From positions 11,553 to 75,552 of the IMG/VR virus record IMGVR_UViG_3300042309_001835: a stretch of 64,000 nt of DNA; one strand, 5' to 3'. A program made the position numbers and the translations under genes. Below the pieces are notes generated by a model that searched no databases, had not been told where the DNA came from, and saw nothing but the letters and a program-made list of their open reading frames with translations. Shown here in pieces: positions 10,543-19,807 of the stretch. Position 1 is the stretch's first letter; each line of letters begins with the position of its first letter. The DNA is from a virus.

Positions 10543-12150
10543 ATGCGCTTACATTTGGTCGGCATATTCCACACCAAGCATAAAGCATCATTTAGCCACT
10601 GCGCCTTTACCGGTAAAGCGCTGCGCTTTCCCAAGATGATGCAAAAATATGGTCATCATGTCATTGAATACAGCAACGAAGGCAGTGAAAGCACGGCGGA
10701 CGAACACGTGCAAATACTGAATGCCAGTGAGTTTGATGCACTGTATGGATCACGCAAGTCAACTGACTTTTATGGCGACGATGCCACTATAGGAAGCGCT
10801 GGACATACTGCTTTTGAATCTCGCCTGGTTGATGAACTCAGGGAACGCATTCAACCTCAGGACATCGTGTGTCATCCGTTTGGCCACGCCCACCAGCGCC
10901 TGATGGAAGAATTCCCCGATAACCAACATGTAGAAACCGGTATTGGATATCCGACGCTGATGCCATCCAGCTTCAGGATATTTGAAAGCTATGCCTGGAT
11001 GCACTACCATCAGGGCAAGGAAAACAGAAATGGTCGCAACTATGAATGGGTTGTACCAAATTACTACGACTTGGATGATTGGGATCCGAACTACGAGCCT
11101 GGTCAATACTACGCGTTCTTGGGACGTATCACCAGCCTGAAGGGCATGGATACGTTGCGTGCCATGGCTGACTACCTGAGGTATCCAATCGTCCTGCACG
11201 GCCAAGGGAGCCCAGACAAGTGGGCTCATCCCAACATCGAATACAAAGGCCCCCTGAGTGGTCGTGCCCGCAGTAACTTCTTGGGTGGTGCCAGGGCGCT
11301 GCTTGCACCAACGGTATTTACTGAGCCATTTTGTGGCATGGCCGTTGAGGCAATGTTGTGTGGGACGCCTGTCATCTCAGTGGATTACGGGGCGATGACG
11401 GAAACCGTGCAGCCGGGGATGGGTTTCCGTTGTCACACCCTGCAGGACTGGTTGGAAGCAGCCGATGCGGTTGGCGACCTGGACAGGAAGTTTATCGCCG
11501 ATACCGCCCGTGCCAAATACAGCCTGGAAGCGTGTGGTGCCAAATACGACAAAATCTTCAGGCAAATAAATGATCTGTATCGTAAGGGATGGTACGAAGT
11601 AAGTTATTTCAACTATACGGAAATCGAAACAGAAGAAAAGCCCTTTGCTGATCGCCTGGCGGCATGGATAAAAGAAAACATCGGTCCAGTCCATTGCCTG
11701 GATATTGGATGCGGTCCAGGGACGTATGTTCGCTCACTTCGTAATCTCGGATTGGAAGCCGTTGGTATTGATATCGATGAACGCGTCGACAGCATACCGC
11801 ATCTGTATCGACGTAGCATGTTTGACAGCAAGGCGACGGCAGAATTGGTGCTATGTCTTGAGGTCGCCGAACATATTGACAAGGAACTATCAGCAGAGGT
11901 TGCTCGCTCTGTATGTGATAGCGTCAGGAAGCCAGGGATCTTGATATGGTCTGCGGCCCACCCAGGTCAAGGCGGCGTCGGACACATTAACTGTCAACCA
12001 AAGGAATTCTGGCAGGAACTGTTGGAAGTCAATGGTCTTGTCCGTGACGAAGAACTTGAATCGGAAATGATCGAGGATTTATCGAATGGTTACCATATGG
12101 GATGGTTCGTTCAAAACGCAATGATTTTCAGGAATAACTCAACCCAGTAA
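10543..12150 (+). CDS. GT4-like glycosyltransferase fused to a class I SAM-dependent methyltransferase
   Basis: FLGRITSLKG and EPFCGMAVEAMLCGTPVI (GT-B); LDIGCGPG and CLEVAEH (methyltransferase). Confidence 0.85.
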   Translation: MRLHLVGIFHTKHKASFSHCAFTGKALRFPKMMQKYGHHVIEYSNEGSESTADEHVQILNASEFDALYGSRKSTDFYGDDATIGSAGHTAFESRLVDELRERIQPQDIVCHPFGHAHQRLMEEFPDNQHVETGIGYPTLMPSSFRIFESYAWMHYHQGKENRNGRNYEWVVPNYYDLDDWDPNYEPGQYYAFLGRITSLKGMDTLRAMADYLRYPIVLHGQGSPDKWAHPNIEYKGPLSGRARSNFLGGARALLAPTVFTEPFCGMAVEAMLCGTPVISVDYGAMTETVQPGMGFRCHTLQDWLEAADAVGDLDRKFIADTARAKYSLEACGAKYDKIFRQINDLYRKGWYEVSYFNYTEIETEEKPFADRLAAWIKENIGPVHCLDIGCGPGTYVRSLRNLGLEAVGIDIDERVDSIPHLYRRSMFDSKATAELVLCLEVAEHIDKELSAEVARSVCDSVRKPGILIWSAAHPGQGGVGHINCQPKEFWQELLEVNGLVRDEELESEMIEDLSNGYHMGWFVQNAMIFRNNSTQ

Positions 12151-12233
12151 AATACAGGAAGAATATATACAGAATAGCGCCATTACCACTACGAGGCGGA
12201 TTCTACTTAACACCTACCATCAGGAGAATTAAA

Positions 12234-12593
12234 GTGGCTCAACGCTCTACCGGTGTCTTCCCCAGGGAAAAGTTTGACCTGGATTCCGCAATGGAAGTGC
12301 AGTGGGATAACACCACGCAGTCGCCGATCCCCCTGAACAGCGTTAACACCTGGAGGATTATTGTCCTCGGGGCAGACGGTCTTGGAGAAGGCGGTGAAGG
12401 CGGCTACATCCGCGTCAGCACTGGCGGCAAGCAAACGGTCTTTTATGGTGAAGACATCGACGCCAATGGTGTCGGAATTGCTCACGTTCGTGGGTCCAGC
12501 ATCGAAGATGGCCAAAACGGAACATCGTGGGACTATTACAACGGAGCTTCCGCAGAGGCGGTTTACCTGGATGCTGTCGACAACGTCGGCTGA
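12234..12593 (+). CDS. virion protein, paralog 1 (possible capsid decoration protein)
   Basis: Shares MAQRSTGVFPREKFDLD, NGVGIAH-x-RGS and DAVDNVG with the next gene; AGGAG RBS. Confidence 0.6.
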   Translation: MAQRSTGVFPREKFDLDSAMEVQWDNTTQSPIPLNSVNTWRIIVLGADGLGEGGEGGYIRVSTGGKQTVFYGEDIDANGVGIAHVRGSSIEDGQNGTSWDYYNGASAEAVYLDAVDNVG

Positions 12594-12683
12594 ATAGGTA
12601 CTCTAAATTAGGAATCGCGTCACTACTCCACGAGGCGGATTCTGTTTACCTTCATTCCCTTTCTTTCTTTCTAGGAGATTATC

Positions 12684-13034
12684 ATGGCTCAACGTTCTAC
12701 TGGTGTTTTTCCCCGCGAGAAGTTTGACCTGGATGCTGCCATGGCAGTGACCGCCACCCCGACCGCCGCAGGTCTCGACCTGAAGACCATCAAAACTATT
12801 CGCGTGGTGGTTATCGGTGCCGGTGGCATTGACAATGGTGGTACCAACAAGATCACCGTCAACGTGGGTGGTGAGTCTGTTGTTTTCAACGCCAACGACC
12901 TGGATGTCAACGGCGTTGGCATCGCCCATATCCGTGGTTCGCTGTGCGACGCTAACAACAACGTTGACTACGATCTCGGTGGCACCGCAACCCTGGTTGC
13001 CTGCTACATCGACGCCGTGGACAACGTCGGCTGA
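12684..13034 (+). CDS. virion protein, paralog 2 (possible capsid decoration protein)
   Basis: Capsid-like codon bias, AGGAG RBS, own terminator. Confidence 0.6.
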   Translation: MAQRSTGVFPREKFDLDAAMAVTATPTAAGLDLKTIKTIRVVVIGAGGIDNGGTNKITVNVGGESVVFNANDLDVNGVGIAHIRGSLCDANNNVDYDLGGTATLVACYIDAVDNVG

Positions 13035-13050
13035 TAATGCCGTTGCGGAT

Positions 13051-13074
13051 GGCGCCCCTCCGGGGGCGCTTTTT
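13051..13074 (+). terminator. intrinsic terminator
   Basis: GCGCCCC/GGGGCGC stem followed by T5. Confidence 0.75.
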
Positions 13075-13144
13075 AATGCAATCAGATCACTCAGGCCAGG
13101 TAACTCGTGAGCCTAGGAATAATACTAGTGTTCGTGCTACGGTC

Positions 13145-13507
13145 ATGCATCTTAACAATCGGCCTGTCTATTTTGTGAAAGGCTCTCGCCGCAAGGCGGC
13201 ATATTATACGGTGCATATGCGCGAACTGATCGCCGATGGATGGACACAGGAGCAGGAAATCTCCTCGCAACCAGAAGCTCTAGCACCGGAGCATGTCGCC
13301 AGCACGGTGCCCGAATCGCTCGAAGAAGCTATCCCATTTGAATCAACCGAGGAAGAGCTAATCGAAGAGGAGGAACAGGTCAAGGGGATTGATCAAATGA
13401 CAAAAGCAGAGCTGATTGTCTTTGCTCAAAGCAAGGGCGTCGAATTCAAGCAGTATGCAACAAAGTCTGACATCATCGAGGCCTGCCTGGCGGCACAAAA
13501 TGGTTGA
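13145..13507 (+). CDS. hypothetical protein with C-terminal Rho-N/HeH-like helical motif
   Basis: MTKAELIVFAQSKGV...TKSDII; start moved to the ATG after the late-type motif. Confidence 0.55.
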   Translation: MHLNNRPVYFVKGSRRKAAYYTVHMRELIADGWTQEQEISSQPEALAPEHVASTVPESLEEAIPFESTEEELIEEEEQVKGIDQMTKAELIVFAQSKGVEFKQYATKSDIIEACLAAQNG

Positions 13508-13685
13508 GTTCACCCACAGTGAAGGCCCCAGAATCCTGGAAGACGGCACGAATCTGGACAAGGACATTATTTCTGCTGTGCCGCGAATTCAACATCGCAG
13601 CATTACTGATCCTGTTGGTGACGGTAGTCTGGGCGATCCGGGGTATCAGCCAGGACAAAGAAACCTTGATGGTTCTGAACTGTAA
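13500..13685 (+). CDS. hypothetical protein
   Basis: Overlapping start with the previous gene. Confidence 0.45.
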   Translation: MVEFTHSEGPRILEDGTNLDKDIISAVPRIQHRSITDPVGDGSLGDPGYQPGQRNLDGSEL

Positions 13686-13733
13686 GTTGCGGAATCTTCA
13701 GGAACACTAGTAAAAGATTTTGCTGCTGTCGCC

Positions 13734-13829
13734 ATGGCATTACCGTTGGCTATTGCTAAACAGTTCAACGGTAAGAAGCCGATGAAGAAAGGCGGCAAAG
13801 CAAAACCAAAAGGATCGGGTAAACGCTAA
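13734..13829 (+). CDS. small Lys-rich protein (31 aa)
   Basis: Read manually: MALPLAIAKQFNGKKPMKKGGKAKPKGSGKR; stop overlaps the next ATG. Confidence 0.5.
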   Translation: MALPLAIAKQFNGKKPMKKGGKAKPKGSGKR

Positions 13830-14125
13830 TGGCTGCCAAGAAACGCAGTACCGCTGATTTTTACGCCAACAACCCAGAGGCGTATAAAAAGAAGCTGGCG
13901 TATGATAAGAAGCGTAACGCCAAGCCCGATCGCAAGGAGTATCGCGCCGAGCTGGCACGTGAACGCCGCGCACGCGGCATCATGGGCAAAGGAGGGCCTG
14001 ACGTCAGCCATACCACCGATGGCAAGTTCAAGCTGGAGAACCCCAAGACAAACCGCGCCAGAAACGGACACGGTGACAACAAGCGCCTTGCGCCTGGCAA
14101 GGGTACCAAGAAATCAAAACGCTGA
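13829..14125 (+). CDS. basic protein with degenerate HNH-like motif
   Basis: DVSH...ENPKTNRARN. Confidence 0.5.
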   Translation: MAAKKRSTADFYANNPEAYKKKLAYDKKRNAKPDRKEYRAELARERRARGIMGKGGPDVSHTTDGKFKLENPKTNRARNGHGDNKRLAPGKGTKKSKR

Positions 14126-14133
14126 GGTCTGTT

Positions 14134-14298
14134 ATGGCAAAGCCCCGTGGACTGTATGAGAACATCCGCCGCAAGCGGGATCGAATTGAAAACGGAAGCG
14201 ACGAAAAAATGAGGCGTCCCGGCAGCAAAGGTGCCCCCAGTGCTGCTGATTTTCGCGCTGCAGCAAAGACATCACAGAAAAAGAAGAAGAAAACTTAG
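14134..14298 (+). CDS. small basic protein (54 aa)
   Basis: Read manually: MAKPRGLYENIRRKRDRI...MRRPGSKGAPSAADFRAAAKT; GAGG RBS. Confidence 0.6.
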   Translation: MAKPRGLYENIRRKRDRIENGSDEKMRRPGSKGAPSAADFRAAAKTSQKKKKKT

Positions 14299-14333
14299 TA
14301 ACTGGCAAACTAATAACGGAATTGGGTGGCAGC

Positions 14334-14522
14334 ATGACTGGAATCATCGCTTTTATCGTGACCAACGGCCCCGAGATCCTCGGTGTACTATTTGCTGTTC
14401 ACGCGGCGGCCCTGGCAATCGTAAACCTCACGCCAACGCCGAAAGACAATGATGTGGTGGCTAAATACTACCGCATCCTTGAGATCTTGGCTGGTATTGT
14501 TACGCGCCTGTCAAAGGACTGA
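14334..14522 (+). CDS. holin-like membrane protein
   Basis: Hydrophobic helix then IVNLTPTPKDND motif; upstream of the endolysin. Confidence 0.6.
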   Translation: MTGIIAFIVTNGPEILGVLFAVHAAALAIVNLTPTPKDNDVVAKYYRILEILAGIVTRLSKD

Positions 14523-14805
14523 GCCGATCGGATGAACGTTGGCTGCTGCGCTTTTCTACACGCAGCGAACGGGAGGAAGCCGAGCGTCTGATTGAAAAAG
14601 CTGTATTTTACAAAACACTTAGCTCACGCATGGCGGCGGAAATCGCCCGCGTAAAGGCTGAGATGGAGCAGAATGAGCCAGCAGAAAAGCCAACAATAAT
14701 TGAACATGAAATCGATAAGAGCATACAGACGGGTGACCCCGCATTGCTGGGTGGCGCCATCAGTATTCATGCTCATTATAGGAAGACTGATATTATGGTC
14801 GACCC

Positions 14806-15102
14806 ATGGCAATGAACCCTCAGGAACCATCGGTATCTCATATTGAGATATATCACAAACTGGGAACGCTTGAGGGTAAGCTAGATGCGCTGATTACCAG
14901 GACAACTGAATACCGTAACGACCTGCAAACTGCATTCGAAAGGCTGACGAAAGTAGAAAACCGCATGGCGTGGGCAATGGGTGCGGCAGTCGTCATAAGT
15001 ACACTTGTACCGATACTGATAAATATAATCAGCAGCGGCTTCCACATGAGATTTGAACAAAAAGACCTGCCGCCAAAGGCATCCATAATCAACAGGATTT
15101 AA
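14806..15102 (+). CDS. coiled-coil plus transmembrane protein (lysis cassette)
   Basis: LGTLEGKLD...RLTKVEN followed by a hydrophobic segment. Confidence 0.55.
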   Translation: MAMNPQEPSVSHIEIYHKLGTLEGKLDALITRTTEYRNDLQTAFERLTKVENRMAWAMGAAVVISTLVPILINIISSGFHMRFEQKDLPPKASIINRI

Positions 15103-15130
15103 GGTAAACTATCCCGCAAGATAGTTAAGC

Positions 15131-16270
15131 ATGACTTACACAACCTGGGGTGAAGTTGCTAGACTTGCTGGTATAGCTGGCGCTAAATACCCCGAACTTG
15201 TTGCGGCTCAGTGGGCCCTGGAAAGCAATTGGGGCAAAACCATGAGTGGCAAGAATAATCCATTTGGGCTAAAGGGCAAGGGTCAGTCTGTCGAGACCAC
15301 CGAATTTATCGATAACAAAGAAATCAAGCTAGTTGATGAGTTTGCTGATTTTGATGATCTATCAGAGGCGATCAAATACTTAGTGGACAGGTGGTACAAA
15401 GATTTCCGTGGCTACAAAGGCGTGAATAATGCAGAAGACCTCAAGGGCGCTGCAAAGATGCTTGCATCCGAAGGCTATGCCACTGATCCCAAGTATGCAA
15501 ACAAGTTGATCGAAATAATCAACAAGAATAGCGCCCCCGTGGAAGCTCCCACGCAATCTAGTCAGACGATTTCCCTGTCGGAGGCTGCCAAGTGGGATAC
15601 GGGGCTGCCGCATCAGAGGAAGGCATGGCAGAACCTGCAAGCTACGCTGACAAAGGGGCAATTGCTCACTTTTGCCAAGGAGTTCCGTCAGGCATCAGTC
15701 ACTCAGAAGCCGATTGAGGGTAAAAAGCAACCAGCCAATGTTCCATATTTCTATCAGCGCGACAGCAAAACTGGACATGGCGAAAGGTCGTGCCAGTCGT
15801 CAGCTATTGCAATGGTGATCAAGTACTTGAATCCAAAGCTGATTACTGATGACGACAACTATCTGCGGCTTGTGCTTAGGTATGGTGACACGGTATCCCA
15901 ATCAGCACATCAAAAGGCACTAGACAACCTTGGGCTGAAACACAGCTTTCGCATGAACGGCTCAGAAAAGGACCTTATTCGTATTCTGGATTCAGGTTAT
16001 CCAGTTCCGATTGGAATATTGCACAAGGGATCAATCGCGGATCCAACTGGTGGCGGACATTGGGTTACCGTTACTTCTTATGACGATAAATACTTCTATG
16101 TAAATGATCCATTCGGTGAACTGGATTTAATCAATGGTGGATACCTGCTGGCTGGACCAACTGATGGCAAGCAACAGAAGTATACCCGCAAAAACTTGAT
16201 GAAACGTTGGTTAATCAGCAACGACTCTGACGGTTGGTATTGGGATTTAAGCGAGAACAAAAGACAATGA
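15131..16270 (+). CDS. endolysin: GH73 glucosaminidase plus C39-like peptidase
   Basis: AQWALESNWG, NNPFGLK and GYATDPKY; VPYFYQRD, catalytic C in RSCQSS, GGGHW and VNDPFG. Confidence 0.85.
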   Translation: MTYTTWGEVARLAGIAGAKYPELVAAQWALESNWGKTMSGKNNPFGLKGKGQSVETTEFIDNKEIKLVDEFADFDDLSEAIKYLVDRWYKDFRGYKGVNNAEDLKGAAKMLASEGYATDPKYANKLIEIINKNSAPVEAPTQSSQTISLSEAAKWDTGLPHQRKAWQNLQATLTKGQLLTFAKEFRQASVTQKPIEGKKQPANVPYFYQRDSKTGHGERSCQSSAIAMVIKYLNPKLITDDDNYLRLVLRYGDTVSQSAHQKALDNLGLKHSFRMNGSEKDLIRILDSGYPVPIGILHKGSIADPTGGGHWVTVTSYDDKYFYVNDPFGELDLINGGYLLAGPTDGKQQKYTRKNLMKRWLISNDSDGWYWDLSENKRQ

Positions 16271-16461
16271 AATCGCAGTTCATCTTGCCTTTCTTGCCTG
16301 GGTACATGTTCGACGGGTCGCGAGTCGTGTCGACCGGAACTGCGCTACAGCCAACGCAACATATACACCCAGAAACAGGAGAACTGGTGTACTATGTCAG
16401 GCCAATCTTCAGGTGCGGTGGAACCTATGTTGGCATGTACATCCGCCACGCTGGCATAGTA
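16267..16461 (+). other. possible small hypothetical gene region after the endolysin
   Basis: ATGA overlap with the endolysin stop; ORF runs to 16530 and overlaps the convergent gene. Confidence 0.3.
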
Positions 16462-16475
16462 GGCTGGATAAACAG

Positions 16476-16967
16476 TCAGTCTTCCAGGTCTATTGAATCG
16501 TCTGATTCGGAGTCATTACCTGAAACATAAGACAGTCCTGGGATGGCTTCAACGAGATTTCTCATGTATTGATGAATACGAGTTTCATCCCAGTTGCACT
16601 CATTGTACAACCTGGAGCTTAGTTCGTTCAGCGCCATGGAATGGTTGCCGGTCCACGTTTTCCGCTCCAGGGCATCTTCCTTGACCCTGTTTACATTCAT
16701 CAGTATTTCAAGCTCGGTATTGATGTCATACTGATCAATAACCAGCTCGGTATGACTTACTCTATCCCTGTCGATCAGCCATAGCGACATCTTGAATACA
16801 TTTGCTATGGCCGCAAGGATACCGTTGCCGACAGCAGTTATCAACGAAGAAAAGGAATTTGCTATAAAATGAACCACTGAGATGAGTGAATTAAACAGCA
16901 ATTCCAGGAGCTCAATCAGCTCTTCGCCGAAGTCACCGATTATGTCGTACATGATGTTTTTCATCAC
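16476..16967 (-). CDS. hypothetical protein
   Basis: 163-aa ORF coupled to the helicase stop. Confidence 0.6.
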   Translation of the reverse strand: MMKNIMYDIIGDFGEELIELLELLFNSLISVVHFIANSFSSLITAVGNGILAAIANVFKMSLWLIDRDRVSHTELVIDQYDINTELEILMNVNRVKEDALERKTWTGNHSMALNELSSRLYNECNWDETRIHQYMRNLVEAIPGLSYVSGNDSESDDSIDLED

Positions 16968-18733
16968 TTGAACCGCGAGCTTTTGAACACGTTAACATGT
17001 TGCATAGTGTCGTCTGCCTTCAGACTGGCGGTGTGATAATCCAACTGAATGACTGACATTTGGACAAATCCTTGTACTGTCGTGATTTGTTCTTGTGGCG
17101 GCGATCCCTCCCAGAACGCCTGTCGGCCGCGTACCTTAGAATGCCAAAGCTCAAGCTTTTGATCTGACGGTTCTCCTTCTACCTGGCGTTGCTTCCGAAC
17201 AAGCCATACAGCGTGGGAGACATGGGACAGGGCGTCTGTACCCCTGATCTGATCAAGCTCGGGTGGCTTTGGCTGGGACTTCATGTCTTCCTGTTCCCTC
17301 TTGATTCCAACGGTGTTCATCTGCGCCAGTACGAACAGATCAATGTCCAGCTCCTTGGCTGCGGTCATCAGTCGATAGGCTCGTTCTTCAAGCATGGCAG
17401 CGCCATCCCTGGCTGCTTTGTTATGGCGTGACAGTACGTGGAAGTGGTCCAGCACGACGGCCCTGAGTTCCGGCTTGCGGGCCTTCATGGATCTCATCGA
17501 GTTCACCACCGTGTCCACGCAAGCACCCCAGGGGGCTTCAATAATCAACTCTCCATTGCAATTCTGCAGTTCACAGGCCAATGTAACCAACAGGTTGGCG
17601 ATCTGTTCCTTATCTTCGGGATTTGGTACCTGAAGCTCACCGATGCTCACGTAGCCAAGACCAGTACCTGATGACCGCCAGTGATAACCGTGCTTTCCAA
17701 GTAATTTGCGGCTAAGTGACGACAGCAATCTGGCTTCGATTTGGGTATAATCAAGCTCGGCTGATATGAAGCCAACAGTTAACCCTTTACTGCACAAAGC
17801 AGTTGCTATCTGGCAGCCAATTTGTGTTTTACCAATACTGGTTCTGGCGGCCAGGGTAAACAGCCTGCCTCCGCATGGCTTGTTGGGTTTTGCATACTCA
17901 ACGCCACCCTCTATGTCAAGGTCGATTGCATCTATGCCAGTAGATGCGGGTCTGGCCAACTGAGAAAATGCAGAGACACGATCGATCCAGTTTTGACGCT
18001 GCCCTCCGGGATCACCGATAATCACATCCAACAGGCCAACTGCCTGCCCTTGGTTGCCAATGCTGCCACGCATCATGCCGACACCTTCCATGGCACGTTG
18101 CTGCAGGTACTCAAGCGCCTCCTCGAGCTTTGTATCCGCCTTTATGTTTTGCTTTGCTGCATGCAATGTTTCTAGGTACAAGGCTCTGACGCGCACTTGC
18201 TTCAACACGTCAAGAGCCGTATGCCACTCCGACTTGGCATCACCATAGCAATTGATCAATTCTGGATCAGCTAATTGGGTTATGGTCTGGTTGAAGTCCA
18301 TGATCGACACCGATCTTGAGGCGTCGTTCAGGTTTGTGTAACTTGCAATCAGCGATTCTCTGGATATCAATTGGTTGGATCGCTGGCCAGTAAAAGTCAA
18401 GTCTATTTCTTTCGCAATTGCCTTGAAGCAATCATCCGACCACAGTGATATAGGCACCAGTTGACCGTGCCCCATGCCAAATCCTGTTCTCAACTCACCC
18501 CAAAGTTCTCTTGCCAGGCCAGACGGTGACGACAGAGTGCGACTTAGCACAACTGCTTCCTGTGTCAGCGTGTCTTCCCTTTCCTGTGTACTAGTTGGCT
18601 GCAGCTTATCGACTATGCGTGCTACATCCATAGCCGATGTAACAGCTTTTGTCATGCAGCTTATTATTTTGCCGCCATCTGTTTGAAGCAGGCCAAGGTC
18701 AACGGCCTTTTGCAGGTAATAGGGCAGTGTCAT
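16964..18733 (-). CDS. dnaB: DnaB-like replicative helicase
   Basis: AARTSIGKT Walker A, ISAEL, VVLDHFH, LAQMN, IRGTD motifs; start likely MTLPYY next to the upstream stop. Confidence 0.85.
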   Translation of the reverse strand: MTLPYYLQKAVDLGLLQTDGGKIISCMTKAVTSAMDVARIVDKLQPTSTQEREDTLTQEAVVLSRTLSSPSGLARELWGELRTGFGMGHGQLVPISLWSDDCFKAIAKEIDLTFTGQRSNQLISRESLIASYTNLNDASRSVSIMDFNQTITQLADPELINCYGDAKSEWHTALDVLKQVRVRALYLETLHAAKQNIKADTKLEEALEYLQQRAMEGVGMMRGSIGNQGQAVGLLDVIIGDPGGQRQNWIDRVSAFSQLARPASTGIDAIDLDIEGGVEYAKPNKPCGGRLFTLAARTSIGKTQIGCQIATALCSKGLTVGFISAELDYTQIEARLLSSLSRKLLGKHGYHWRSSGTGLGYVSIGELQVPNPEDKEQIANLLVTLACELQNCNGELIIEAPWGACVDTVVNSMRSMKARKPELRAVVLDHFHVLSRHNKAARDGAAMLEERAYRLMTAAKELDIDLFVLAQMNTVGIKREQEDMKSQPKPPELDQIRGTDALSHVSHAVWLVRKQRQVEGEPSDQKLELWHSKVRGRQAFWEGSPPQEQITTVQGFVQMSVIQLDYHTASLKADDTMQHVNVFKSSRFK

Positions 18734-18734
18734 G

Positions 18735-19763
18735 TCACAGTTCGTCGTCGTATATCCAGGTAACCTTGCGGCTATCTTCTGGCTCTGGTACATCTGTTGG
18801 CCATGAGCTTAGCTGGTATTTCATCCTGAACCTGGCGGGGTCCAGACCAGCATCACGGATGCGTTGTTCTGTTTCTATGATTCTGTCGTTGAATACATGT
18901 TCCTTGCCTGGGTCTGCTCTTAGTGTATTGAAATACATGTAGTGCAGATTTTCGTATTCATCAATAGTCCTTCTCATGCTTGCCTTGATAATAACTTCGT
19001 CACTACGATCCTCTTCTTTTACCGCTTGCGGTTTTTCGTAGTTCAAACCTTCATTGTAAAGTGAATAGACGTTCTGATACTTTTTAGTTTGAGGCTGGCC
19101 AATGCCAACGATGCTTTGAAGTGTTTTACTGGTGTTCTCTTTCGACCAGAATACAGAATGATCAACTCCAGCCTTGAGTACAGAGAAGAACCCCTTGTAA
19201 TCATGCGACTTGTGTCCAAGTGCTTTTATATGCAAATCGACTGCCTTCAGGAGCTGAGCGCTGAGTCTATTTATTTTCGCATAATTAACTGGCCTGTATT
19301 CATTCCACGCATTTGTAGCTTCATCAAAGTAATTTGCCCGCGCTTTTGGCGGCGCAACTTTCTTCTTGACCTCCTGATAGGGCTGAAGCATCTGCTCCTC
19401 TACGATTGCCCTTGATTCTGCATCAACTTCTCTTAGGCGGCGCAATATCGGCACTGGATCATGTAGGATGATATGTTCTGGAGTACCGGATACCAGGCCA
19501 AGCTCTTTCAGGTCGGCCATGCAGCGAATCCTGGTCGCTCTATGTATGCCTATCCTGCGATCAAGGACTGTCCTGCAGATCGGACCAAACTGTACTTGAT
19601 TGGCAAGAACAATCCAAAGAAGTTTACTGTTTGGCGTTAAATCGTCGCACAACAACAACTCCAGGGGTGCCTTTGCATAGACAACTGGCTCCCATGGCGT
19701 GTCCTTGGAGACGGAGATCTTCACGAGCGGGGACGGTTGTGTACCCACACTAGCGACCGGCAT
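18735..19763 (-). CDS. putative replication initiator (N-terminal HTH)
   Basis: LTPNSKLLWIVL...RATRIRCMADLKELGLV winged-HTH pattern; between iterons and helicase. Confidence 0.6.
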   Translation of the reverse strand: MPVASVGTQPSPLVKISVSKDTPWEPVVYAKAPLELLLCDDLTPNSKLLWIVLANQVQFGPICRTVLDRRIGIHRATRIRCMADLKELGLVSGTPEHIILHDPVPILRRLREVDAESRAIVEEQMLQPYQEVKKKVAPPKARANYFDEATNAWNEYRPVNYAKINRLSAQLLKAVDLHIKALGHKSHDYKGFFSVLKAGVDHSVFWSKENTSKTLQSIVGIGQPQTKKYQNVYSLYNEGLNYEKPQAVKEEDRSDEVIIKASMRRTIDEYENLHYMYFNTLRADPGKEHVFNDRIIETEQRIRDAGLDPARFRMKYQLSSWPTDVPEPEDSRKVTWIYDDEL

Positions 19764-19807
19764 CAAAGCAGGCAACCGGCATTTGTTAAGACTTGCTGCA
19801 AAAACAG

